Source: Fidelibacterota bacterium
Lineage (GTDB): Bacteria > Fidelibacterota > Marinisomatia > Marinisomatales > JABMOV01
Length of the DNA stretch: 39,589 nt
Reading direction: 5' to 3'
Assembly (NCBI GenBank): GCA_046861395.1
Contig: JBHHUC010000014.1
Coordinates: 1 to 39,589 of the forward strand
Made by a program: the position numbers and the translations under genes. A model generated the notes under the pieces. The model was not told the DNA's origin and searched no databases. It saw nothing but the letters and a program-made list of their open reading frames with translations. Positions 29,490-38,220 of the stretch are shown here, piece by piece (the first letter of the stretch is position 1; every line of letters begins with the position of its first letter).

Positions 29490-31303
29490 AACGACGTATC
29501 TTTCAATTTGGATTAATCCTGATACCGGTTGTCATCCTGATGCTCACGGAAGGATTCCTGCGACTCACCGGACTAGGTCCGGACACTCGACTTTTTATTC
29601 CCATTAATACTTCAACCGAACTATGGGGCGCCAATCCAAATGTTGTTCTGCGGTATTTTCCCCGGACTGGTCTCAGCGGTTTCGGGGCTGAGAATCTATT
29701 TTACCAACCCAAACCGGCCGGCGTGTATCGTATCATAGCCCTGGGTGGTTCCACCACAGCCGGGTTTCCTTATTATTTCAACGGCAGCTTCCCGGCTCGG
29801 TTACGGCAATATCTGGCGGCAGCCGATACGACACAAACCTATGAAATGATCAATCTTGGTATGTCAGCCGTGAATTCAACCACCATACGGGACATTATCG
29901 ATGAATGTCTGGCCATTGAGCCGGATCTCATCATTCTATATGCCGGGCACAATGAATTTTACGGTGCCTTTGGCCGGGCGGCGGAGCAGGGATTACTGCG
30001 CCTCCCTGGAATGAAACGCATGTTGTTGTTCCTGGAGAAATCGCGGCTCTATCAAACCATTCGGCGCCTGGTCTACAGTCTTCGGCCAGCACGGGATCAT
30101 GAAACACTAATGGCGATTATGGCCCAGGGACAGGTGTTTCCACCCGGGGATCGGAGTCGGCGGGATACCTTGGATGAATTTGAAGAAAATATGGCTCATG
30201 TATTATCGGTGACCGGTGAAAACGACGTTCCTCTGATCCTGTGCACGGTTGCTTCCAACCTCAGGAACCAGCGTCCCCTGCATTCCCTACCCGAACTCCG
30301 ACTGGCGGGCTATACAGCTGATGAACTCTACCTGGCCGGGCAGAATGCTCTGATTGCTGGACAGGATTCCATTGCCCGGGATTATTTTACCCTGGCACGG
30401 GACATGGATGCCATGCCCTTTCGGGCGCCATCGGCCATTAACCGGATCATCCGACAACTCGCCGGTCGTTATGCCATATCCCTGGCGGATGTGGCGGCGG
30501 AATTTGAGGCTTACGCCCGGTACGGGATTCCCGGTGATCCCCTGTTTCTGGAACATGTCCATCCGACGCCGGTTGGAACCGATTTAATTGTCCAAACCAT
30601 ATGGAATACTATGCAGCGGGATACAATGTATTTTGGCCTGTCCCGACCGTTTCAGGTGAAAAATGATCATCCCCCTTCCCGTTTGACGGCCCTGGATTCG
30701 GTCATCGCCCGAATGCAACTGGACATTCTCACATCCAATCCACCCTTTACTTCAGCGGCGGGAAAATCCCTGGCCTCAATCACGCCGACGAATCAGATTG
30801 AAAAGATTGCCTGGGATATTCTGGCGGGGAAAAAAGACTTTAAATCCGGACACCTGGCCCTGGCGGCCTATTATCAGTCCCAATCCTTACATGAACAGGC
30901 TGTCCGGGAATGTCTGGCCCTGGTTGCCGCGCTGCCCCTTGACAAAGCTGTACACCGGGCTCTGGCATCAGCCGGAATGACGGGGAAGAACCCGGCCCTT
31001 GTGCGAAAAGCCACCAATGCTATCCTGGCTTTGGATTCGCTGGACGCCTTTGCCAATAAATGGGGCGGCATCTATGCCTTGCAGAACCGGCAGGAGGAGA
31101 AAGCGCTGCGCCTGTTAAAACGGGCCAAACGTCTCCGGGATGATGACCAGATTCGTTACAATCTCAGCGGTGCCTACGTGGCGCAAAACAAGCTCGAAGC
31201 GGCCGCCGCGGAACTGGATACTCTGCTGCAACGCAATCCGGACTACTCTCAGGCCCGATCATTTAGGGCCTTTCTCCGCACGCAAATGTCATTTCAACAA
31301 TAA
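29486..31303 (+). CDS. Second SGNH/GDSL-TPR protein (tandem paralog)
   Basis: IALGGST, INLGM, YAGHNEFYG, LEHVHPT; ATGA overlap with the previous gene. Confidence 0.85.
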   Translation: MKRRIFQFGLILIPVVILMLTEGFLRLTGLGPDTRLFIPINTSTELWGANPNVVLRYFPRTGLSGFGAENLFYQPKPAGVYRIIALGGSTTAGFPYYFNGSFPARLRQYLAAADTTQTYEMINLGMSAVNSTTIRDIIDECLAIEPDLIILYAGHNEFYGAFGRAAEQGLLRLPGMKRMLLFLEKSRLYQTIRRLVYSLRPARDHETLMAIMAQGQVFPPGDRSRRDTLDEFEENMAHVLSVTGENDVPLILCTVASNLRNQRPLHSLPELRLAGYTADELYLAGQNALIAGQDSIARDYFTLARDMDAMPFRAPSAINRIIRQLAGRYAISLADVAAEFEAYARYGIPGDPLFLEHVHPTPVGTDLIVQTIWNTMQRDTMYFGLSRPFQVKNDHPPSRLTALDSVIARMQLDILTSNPPFTSAAGKSLASITPTNQIEKIAWDILAGKKDFKSGHLALAAYYQSQSLHEQAVRECLALVAALPLDKAVHRALASAGMTGKNPALVRKATNAILALDSLDAFANKWGGIYALQNRQEEKALRLLKRAKRLRDDDQIRYNLSGAYVAQNKLEAAAAELDTLLQRNPDYSQARSFRAFLRTQMSFQQ

Positions 31304-33052
31304 TATTTTCTGTACCTGACGCGTCCCCAGGGAACCGACTTCCAATAAATATTGGCCGGAGGAAACATTCAACAGTGAAAAATGAATTTCATGCCGCCCC
31401 GGCATTAATAGTCCCACCTGGCGGGACCAGACCTGCCGTCCGGCAATATTGCGCACGGCAACACTTATTTCTCCTTCCGATCGGACCATGACCGGGACGG
31501 TGAAGTGGCCGTTGAAAGGATTGGGATAGACCGGCAAAATAGTAAAGGTCGTCGGCGATATTTCCGATTCAGTGGTCAAGGGAGTCCAGCCCCCATTTTC
31601 CGTGAATAAGTAATATTGATTGATAGAAAGATTCCAATAGTGTTCCGCGATTCCCGACGGCCATAGGATTTCCAAGGTGTCTACCATCGTAGCGGTATCC
31701 AGACCAAACCAGGACCATTCGGAATTCTGGGAACAATAGCCGGTTCCCGTTACTCGATGCTGCCGCTGAATGTGGGAACCGACTCGTAATCGGATGGTGG
31801 CGCCAATGCCGGAAAGGTTGGAAGTTACACCCTCCAGCCGGACGGCAATCCAGTTTCCCGTGACGGTTTCATTCCGATACAGTTTCAGGGAACCTTCCGT
31901 TGTCGGCGTGCCCACCAGGATCATGTCCAGATCCCCGTCGCGATCAAAATCACACCAGGCCGATCCTATGCCGTCATTCCAGCTCTGAACCCCGGCCACT
32001 GCAGAAATTTCCTCAAAACTGCCGTTGCCCAGATTGCGAAATAGCGAATTGGGGACCTGACCGAAACCGGATTGATTATTATTATATATATCCAAGCAGC
32101 CGTCAAAATCGGCATCGAAGAAAAAAGTTCCCCAGGCCATGCTATTGACCGCATCAGCCACACCGGCAGCAGCGGTCACATCGGTGAATGTTCCATCGCC
32201 GTTATTCCGTAACAGCGAATTCTCATCCAGATTGGTGGTATAAATATCATCCCAGCCATCCCTGTCATAATCCCCAACGGCCACGCCCATGCCCTGGACG
32301 GCCAGATGAACCCCGGCCGCATTGCTCATGTCGGTATAGGCACCGTAGGCTTCCCGTCGCAACAGGATATTTCCTTTATAGCCGTCCTGTGTAATGAAAA
32401 TATCTTCATCCCCGTCATTGTCATAATCCAGGGCTGAGCAGCCCATGACCAGACCACCCGATTGCGGTCCCGTGGCATTGACCTGACTTGCCACTTCCAT
32501 GAATGTGCCGTCCTGATTATTCCGGTAAAGCAGATTCTGCTGGGTCAATCGTCCCACATAGAGATCCAACCAGCCGTCACGGTTTTCATCGAACCAGAAT
32601 CCGCCCCGGACATCACCGTCCACTGTAATGCCGGCCGGGATCGTGGCATCCGTAAAAGTACCGTTGCCTTCATTATGGTAGAGTCGGGAAGATCCTCCTG
32701 TAGCACCCAGGAAAAGGTCTGTGTATCCGTCATTGTCATAATCTCCGGCGGTAGCCAGGCGCAGTGGTTCAGTGGTCCCAATTCCGGCAGTTTCACTTGA
32801 TTCGCTAAACTGAAGATTTCCCAGGTTTTTCAGCAATAAATGCTCTCCCTGATGATCTGCGATAAACACATCTTCCCAACCGTCCCCGTCATAGTCCAAA
32901 ATGCAAACACCTTCGCCCTGGAAGGACCAGGTCAATCCGGCGGCCAGAGTCTGATCGGTGAATACCGGAGATTGCGGCAGGGCACGGTTAACCAGGAGGA
33001 CCGGAAGCATGCCGCCCACTAGCGTGATGAGACGTGTGATATTGAATGGCAT
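31289..33052 (-). CDS. ASPIC/UnbV (CRTAC1-like) FG-GAP repeat protein with T9SS CTD
   Basis: Repeated DYDxDGxxD and LYxNxGxGTF; GIGA...GYCSQN...FGL...ILWPSG; VYPNPFN...ILLLK; start moved to ATG 33052 to give a signal peptide and avoid overlap with tlpA. Confidence 0.88.
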   Translation of the reverse strand: MPFNITRLITLVGGMLPVLLVNRALPQSPVFTDQTLAAGLTWSFQGEGVCILDYDGDGWEDVFIADHQGEHLLLKNLGNLQFSESSETAGIGTTEPLRLATAGDYDNDGYTDLFLGATGGSSRLYHNEGNGTFTDATIPAGITVDGDVRGGFWFDENRDGWLDLYVGRLTQQNLLYRNNQDGTFMEVASQVNATGPQSGGLVMGCSALDYDNDGDEDIFITQDGYKGNILLRREAYGAYTDMSNAAGVHLAVQGMGVAVGDYDRDGWDDIYTTNLDENSLLRNNGDGTFTDVTAAAGVADAVNSMAWGTFFFDADFDGCLDIYNNNQSGFGQVPNSLFRNLGNGSFEEISAVAGVQSWNDGIGSAWCDFDRDGDLDMILVGTPTTEGSLKLYRNETVTGNWIAVRLEGVTSNLSGIGATIRLRVGSHIQRQHRVTGTGYCSQNSEWSWFGLDTATMVDTLEILWPSGIAEHYWNLSINQYYLFTENGGWTPLTTESEISPTTFTILPVYPNPFNGHFTVPVMVRSEGEISVAVRNIAGRQVWSRQVGLLMPGRHEIHFSLLNVSSGQYLLEVGSLGTRQVQKILLLK

Positions 33053-33122
33053 TACTGACGATAAATCTATTTTTATCCCGGTGATATTACGGTAATTTTT
33101 CAGGCAAGGAAGAAAATATCCA

Positions 33123-33593
33123 ATGAAAATAATACTCCCCATACTCCTCTTTTCATTAACCCTGATCCAGGCGGAAAATCCGCCCTTGGATTGGAGCCGG
33201 TTTCGCGCCAAGACCGTCGCCGGGGATACGGTTCTTCTCACAACCGTACTGGATGATACTAAACCTACACTACTGTATTTCTGGTCTATTTACTGCTCAG
33301 TCTGTGCCCGTGATCTGCCGAAAACGGAAGCCCTCTTCGCCAAATATAACGATCAGGTCAATATGCTGGGAATTGCCTGGCGGGAATCCCCGGACAAGGT
33401 AAACCGTCATTTCGAAAAGAAAAAGCATCGCATTCATACCGTCATCGATTTATCCGGTAATTTATTCTCCCAGTTCGGTGTAGGGACAACACCTACCATT
33501 ATTATTTTGGACCGCAACCGGGAGATTGTCCTGCAGGGATATCCGTCCCGGCGCAAGATTACCAAAACCCTGGCGTCCCTGCTGGTACTATGA
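33123..33593 (+). CDS. Exported TlpA/ResA-like thioredoxin-fold protein
   Basis: Signal peptide; LLYFWSIYCSVC; FGVGTTPTIIILDR (cis-Pro loop). Confidence 0.88.
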   Translation: MKIILPILLFSLTLIQAENPPLDWSRFRAKTVAGDTVLLTTVLDDTKPTLLYFWSIYCSVCARDLPKTEALFAKYNDQVNMLGIAWRESPDKVNRHFEKKKHRIHTVIDLSGNLFSQFGVGTTPTIIILDRNREIVLQGYPSRRKITKTLASLLVL

Positions 33594-34537
33594 AGCGCTG
33601 GTCCATTCTGCTCTTTATTCTGGTAACCCTGCAGTGGGGACTGGCGCAGGGCGGAATCAGCTGACGGCGGCCAACCCTCCCGGGCGGGAGCCTGCTGCAA
33701 CAAACGGTTCAGGATGAAAATCAACTTCTCCTGGGCTTTTCTTATTATCACGAATATCTGGATTCGCCGCTATACGGCACCAAACCGATTCCGAATATCA
33801 ACCGGGAACGAACCAATAACAGTACCGTGTCCCTCCTTCTGTCATATACCTTTCTCCGCAACTGGGGTCTGACGGTCGTGGTTCCCTATCAATCGGTCCT
33901 TAATGAAAAAATCCTATTTCGGGGACAATATGACGAACAGTATGACGGTGGAAAATATTTCCGGGAAGCGAAAGGTATAGGAGATATTTTCTTTCTGGTC
34001 AGCCGTTCCTTCTCTTTTTATCTGCCGGTAACCCTTTCCGCCGGAATAAAATTGTCCAACGGGTCCATCAATGCGGTGGATATCTATGATAAACGCATAT
34101 CCGATAACCTGCAAATCGGGTCGGGGTCCATCGATCCCCTGCTTGCCATCTACGTCAATCAATTCGCCGGATCGTGGGTGCTCTCCGGCGGCCTCTATAC
34201 TAAAATTAGTTTACGGGAAAATATTTACGGTTATCAGTTTGGCAATGAATTGAACGGACTTCTGGAAGGGAATTTCGTCGCGGCTGATGACTGGTACGGC
34301 GGCCTCCAGCTCCATTATCTCTTCACGACACGCGATCGGTATGAATACGGCAAGATTGCCCGGGATCGTGGCGGTCGCTGGCTGTTCGTTGCGCCTCGTT
34401 TCGGAATTCATATTACTGACGAACTGGATGTGGAAGCCCAGTTCCATCTTCCCGTCTATCAGAACGTAAACGAAAGCCAGCTCACGTCGGATTATGCCCT
34501 GACCCTCTCCCTGGCCTATCGGTGGCAGCATGAATAG
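33590..34537 (+). CDS. Outer-membrane beta-barrel 'transporter' (MetA-phenol-pathway-like), candidate selenoprotein with in-frame TGA at 33662-33664
   Basis: ATG 33590 overlaps the tlpA stop (ATGA) and encodes MKRWSILLFILVTLQWGLA-QGGIS-[TGA]-RRPTLPGG..., in frame with ORF 33827-34537 and with no other stop; barrel motifs GIGD, LQIGSGSIDP, YQFGNE, PVYQNVNESQL, LSLAYRW. Confidence 0.75.
33665..33697 (+). promoter_or_regulatory. Candidate bacterial SECIS element
   Basis: Directly after the TGA: CGGCGG-CCAACC-CTCCC-[GGGC]-GGGAG-CCTGCTG; upper 5-bp stem, G-first loop beginning 17 nt after the TGA, lower stem with G-U pairs. Confidence 0.65.
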
Positions 34538-35585
34538 ATTTCTTGCCCCTGTCTTCCTGATCCTTTTTTCCGGCTGTTCTCTTTATACCGATGAGGGGAA
34601 ACCCGATATTTTTTATACGTTTGAGGATTTCGATATTTTATCCCTGGGTAACAGCATTGCCGATATGCAGGCCGGCCCCGACGGGAATTATCTCTATTTG
34701 GCCGACTATAACAATCATGCCATTCTACAAGTGGATGTTACCGGGTCCATGGCCCTCCACGGTCAAGTCTGGGTTGGCGCCCGGCCCGTGGCCCTGGATA
34801 TTTCTCCCGATCAGACGAAACTGGTGGTGGCGCTAAACGGTGAATCGCGTATCGTAATCATTGATCTGGCTTCCTTTACCGTGGTGCAGTCGGTTCCCAT
34901 TTCGCTGAGCAACGTCACAGACTTGGCCTGTGTCACCAATGACTTGGTCTATGTTTCATCAGCCACCGATCCCAGTGCCATTTCCCTGTCCCTGGCAGAT
35001 TCCACGGAAACAGGTCAATCGGTGCACAGCGGCATGCTAACGGCCCTTCCGGCGGATACGTCCCTGTTGGTAGCCACTTCCGTAACGCTTAAAAAATACC
35101 GGGCCGCCACCCCGCTGGCCACGCAATATCCCTTCATTGCCGATCCCTACGGATTTACTGCCCATCTCTACGATGCCGTTCTCAGTCCGGATACCAGGAC
35201 GCTCTTCATCGGTCTGGGCGATGAAAACAATCCTCATGCCGTCACGGAAGTTTGGGCCTATGATACGGACAATTTAACCTTGCAGGGAAAATACAAGACC
35301 AATTCCGCCGGACTGGGAATTGCCGTGCGACCTGACGGACAGCGGGTGTTCGTAGCGCCCATGGATGCCGATCCGGCCGGTGTATTCATCATCGAATTTG
35401 ACACGGCAACCAAGCTGGAAACCCATTATTATCTGGTGGCCGGTAATTTGAAGGCCAAGGGATTGGTGGCGGACCCCGGTGGACGATATATTTATGCCCT
35501 GGTCAATTCCCCGGGAGATGGGGATTCATTCGAACCGTATAATAGTTTCTCCTACGATCTACAGCGAATTCGAATTGTGGAATAA
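34530..35585 (+). CDS. YncE/YVTN-like beta-propeller lipoprotein
   Basis: Lipobox FSGC; repeated PDGxxLY, SPDQTKL, RPDGQRVFV, DPGGRYIY blade motifs; overlaps the upstream stop. Confidence 0.82.
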   Translation: MNRFLAPVFLILFSGCSLYTDEGKPDIFYTFEDFDILSLGNSIADMQAGPDGNYLYLADYNNHAILQVDVTGSMALHGQVWVGARPVALDISPDQTKLVVALNGESRIVIIDLASFTVVQSVPISLSNVTDLACVTNDLVYVSSATDPSAISLSLADSTETGQSVHSGMLTALPADTSLLVATSVTLKKYRAATPLATQYPFIADPYGFTAHLYDAVLSPDTRTLFIGLGDENNPHAVTEVWAYDTDNLTLQGKYKTNSAGLGIAVRPDGQRVFVAPMDADPAGVFIIEFDTATKLETHYYLVAGNLKAKGLVADPGGRYIYALVNSPGDGDSFEPYNSFSYDLQRIRIVE

Positions 35586-35810
35586 TTAAAAGATTTCCCA
35601 TTGCACATATTAATTGCTTTAGGGTGAATTATTTTAGGAACCAACGGAAAATCACTTTTCGGTATGCATCAACCTTGTTGATACATGGATTGAGGTGCTC
35701 AATCCCCTCCATATAAGACAATTAAAAACAAAACTGGTTTAGCTCGATATCGTTACCTGGCCTGTCGTAATACTGTTTTATAGTAAAAATTTTCTACTGT
35801 GCACAACGGG

Positions 35811-35969
35811 TTAAAAGATTGTATAAATAAAGGGGGCCAGGGCCGATCCCTCGGCAAAAATGGCAATCAAGGCCAGCAGCAGCAGAATCCCGACGATGGG
35901 TCCCAGCCACCACTTTTTCCGCACCTTCAGAAAGGCCCAGAATTCTTTTATAATGCTCCACTTTCCCAT
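35811..35969 (-). CDS. DUF5989 / SxtK-like small membrane protein (52 aa; absent from the ORF track)
   Basis: MGKWSIIKEFWAFLKVRKKWWLGPIVGILLLLALIAIFAEGSALAPFIYTIF; TAATG overlap with the SxtJ-like gene. Confidence 0.9.
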   Translation of the reverse strand: MGKWSIIKEFWAFLKVRKKWWLGPIVGILLLLALIAIFAEGSALAPFIYTIF

Positions 35970-36367
35970 TAAAACATCCGTTCCATGTTGGGCGGGTTAT
36001 CTTTCCTGATCCAATACGTGTCCGGGTCGGGCCGGCGGTTATTTTTCAGTGCCCGACGTCCCTGAAGAATCAAACCGATCATGGTTATGACCGTGAAATA
36101 TACGATAAGCAGGATGAAATGCAGGATAATAAAACCTATGATCCGGACAATGACCATCCAGGGGTAATAAACCAGACGCAGCGGTTGCTGGAAGAACAAG
36201 GCACTTATTACCAGCAGGATGGCCAGGGTCGCTTCACCGTGGAATTCGCGATGCAACACAAGATTTCGGTACACACCGACAGCAAAGATGATTCCGGACA
36301 GAACGAGTCCGAAGGATTGAACCGCCTTCTGACTTTTATCGAATTTCAGATGCTCAGTCCAGGGCAT
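35969..36367 (-). CDS. SxtJ-family membrane protein
   Basis: SFG, PL..VY.PWM, IL..VYF.VIT.IG, TYWIR, MERMF; lies between the carbamoyltransferase and DUF5989. Confidence 0.85.
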   Translation of the reverse strand: MPWTEHLKFDKSQKAVQSFGLVLSGIIFAVGVYRNLVLHREFHGEATLAILLVISALFFQQPLRLVYYPWMVIVRIIGFIILHFILLIVYFTVITMIGLILQGRRALKNNRRPDPDTYWIRKDNPPNMERMF

Positions 36368-38168
36368 AGGTTTGTCTCCAGTCAATGGAATCGGAAAAGG
36401 CCGGCTGATCCTCTTTCTCCAGCAGGAATGATCCCAGGATCAGGGCATCCATTTCCGTGCGCATGAAACAGCGGTAAGCGTCCAGCGGCGAGGCTACAAT
36501 AGGTTCGCCCCGCACATTGAAAGATGTATTCACAATGACGGGGCAGCCGGTGATGTCCCGGAAGGCTGAAATCAGACGATGATACAAGGGATGTATTTCC
36601 CGTGATACGGTCTGGATACGAGCCGAATAATCCACATGGGTGACCGCCGGAATGGCGGATCGCTTTAGCTGGAGTTTTGCCAGACCCTGTAAATCATTCT
36701 CCGCAGCTTCTGTGCGATGTCGGTCCAGGACCTCCGCCACCAGCAGCATATAGGGACTGGGACGGTCAAGAGCAAACCAGGCTCCCGCCTCTTCCTCCAG
36801 AACCGAAGGTGCAAAGGGCCGGAATGATTCCCGGTATTTTATTTTCAGGTTCATGGTTTTCTGCATGGTTTCGGACCGGGCATCGCCCAGAATGGATCGG
36901 TGTCCCAGCGCCCGGGGACCAAATTCCATACGACCCTGGAACCAGCCCAGGACTTTTCCTCTGGCGATTAGATCGGCTCCCGTTTCCGCCGGATTTGCCA
37001 GGAATTTATACGGTAATTGATGCGTCTCAAGGAAGGACCGGATGGCATCGTCATCATATTCCGGTCCCAGACAGGACCCTCCCTGAGCGTCCGGTTTTAC
37101 CGGTTCCCGAGAAGATTGAAAATGCTGATAATAGACGGCCAGGGCCGCACCCAGGGCACCTCCGGCATCTCCCGCCGCCGGCTGAATCCATATATCGTCA
37201 AAAATACTACGGCGCAATAATTTTCCATTGCTGACACAGTTCAAGGCCACGCCGCCGGCCAGACAACAATATTTCTCTCCCGTTTCCGCGCGGACATGAC
37301 GACTTACTTTTTCCATCACCATTTCGGTCACTTCTTGAATCGAACGAGCCAGATCCATATCCAGTCGGGTGGGTTCGGTGTCTGGTTTCCGCGGCTGACG
37401 ACCGAATAAGCGATGAAATTTCCGTGATGTCATACGCAGTCCCGTAACGTATTGGAAATAATCCATATTCAAACGAAAGGAGCCGTCTTCCTTGAGATCC
37501 AGTAATGTATCCAGGATAGTCCGGACATACCGTGGTTCGCCGTATGGGGCCAAACCCATGAGTTTGTATTCACCGGAATTCACACGGAATCCCGTGTAAT
37601 AGGTAAAAGCGGAATAGAGCAATCCCAGAGAATGGGGAAAATGTTGTTCCGCGAGGAGTGTGATATCATTGTCCCGGCCTTGGCCGTAACTGGAGGTGGC
37701 CCATTCGCCCACACCATCCATGGTAATGATTGCAGCCTGTTTGAACGGCGACGGAAAAAAGGCCGAAGCGGCGTGGGATTGATGGTGCTCCGGAAAAAAT
37801 ATCTTGCCGGAATAGTCCAGTTTTTTCTGAATAATATCCTGAATCCAGAGTTTTTCCTTTAGCCAGACCGGCATGGCTTTCCAGAAAGATCGAATTCCGC
37901 GGGGGGCATGATAGAGATAGGTTTCCAGCAGTCGTTCGAATTTCAGTAACGGTTTATCATAAAAGGCCACGGCGGTGATATCCGCCATCGTGAGTCCCGC
38001 CTGACTCAGGCTGGCTTTCACGGCCGCGGTAGGAAACCCGGCATCGTGTTTTCGTCGCGAAAACCGCTCCTCCTGGCAGGCCGCCAGAATCCTACCTTCC
38101 TGGATGATACAGGCGGCCGAATCATGGTAAAAGGCCGAAAGGCCCAGAATGGTAATTGGGGCTGACAT
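36354..38168 (-). CDS. O-carbamoyltransferase (NodU/CmcH family)
   Basis: ILGLSAFYHDSAA, QEERFSR.KHD, EHHQSHAASAF, DGVGE, GEYKLMGLAPYG, AGGVALNC, EFGPRALG.RS, RESFRPFAP, NTSFNVRGEPIV. Confidence 0.96.
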   Translation of the reverse strand: MSAPITILGLSAFYHDSAACIIQEGRILAACQEERFSRRKHDAGFPTAAVKASLSQAGLTMADITAVAFYDKPLLKFERLLETYLYHAPRGIRSFWKAMPVWLKEKLWIQDIIQKKLDYSGKIFFPEHHQSHAASAFFPSPFKQAAIITMDGVGEWATSSYGQGRDNDITLLAEQHFPHSLGLLYSAFTYYTGFRVNSGEYKLMGLAPYGEPRYVRTILDTLLDLKEDGSFRLNMDYFQYVTGLRMTSRKFHRLFGRQPRKPDTEPTRLDMDLARSIQEVTEMVMEKVSRHVRAETGEKYCCLAGGVALNCVSNGKLLRRSIFDDIWIQPAAGDAGGALGAALAVYYQHFQSSREPVKPDAQGGSCLGPEYDDDAIRSFLETHQLPYKFLANPAETGADLIARGKVLGWFQGRMEFGPRALGHRSILGDARSETMQKTMNLKIKYRESFRPFAPSVLEEEAGAWFALDRPSPYMLLVAEVLDRHRTEAAENDLQGLAKLQLKRSAIPAVTHVDYSARIQTVSREIHPLYHRLISAFRDITGCPVIVNTSFNVRGEPIVASPLDAYRCFMRTEMDALILGSFLLEKEDQPAFSDSIDWRQTYALD

Positions 38169-38220
38169 GATGGTGGATTTATGAAATAAATTGAATTATT
38201 AATTTACGAGGAAATCCTTC

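Noticed and set aside
33053..33241. N-terminal extension of the ASPIC/UnbV ORF
   Set aside because: It overlaps tlpA on the opposite strand; ATG 33052 gives a plausible signal peptide.
33662..33664. Genome-wide TGA reassignment (code 4 or 25)
   Set aside because: TGA ends genes at 11754-11756, 29487-29489 and 33591-33593, directly before or overlapping the next start codon.
35811..38168. Saxitoxin biosynthesis cluster
   Set aside because: No sxtA, sxtG or other core genes; the trio is widespread outside toxin producers.
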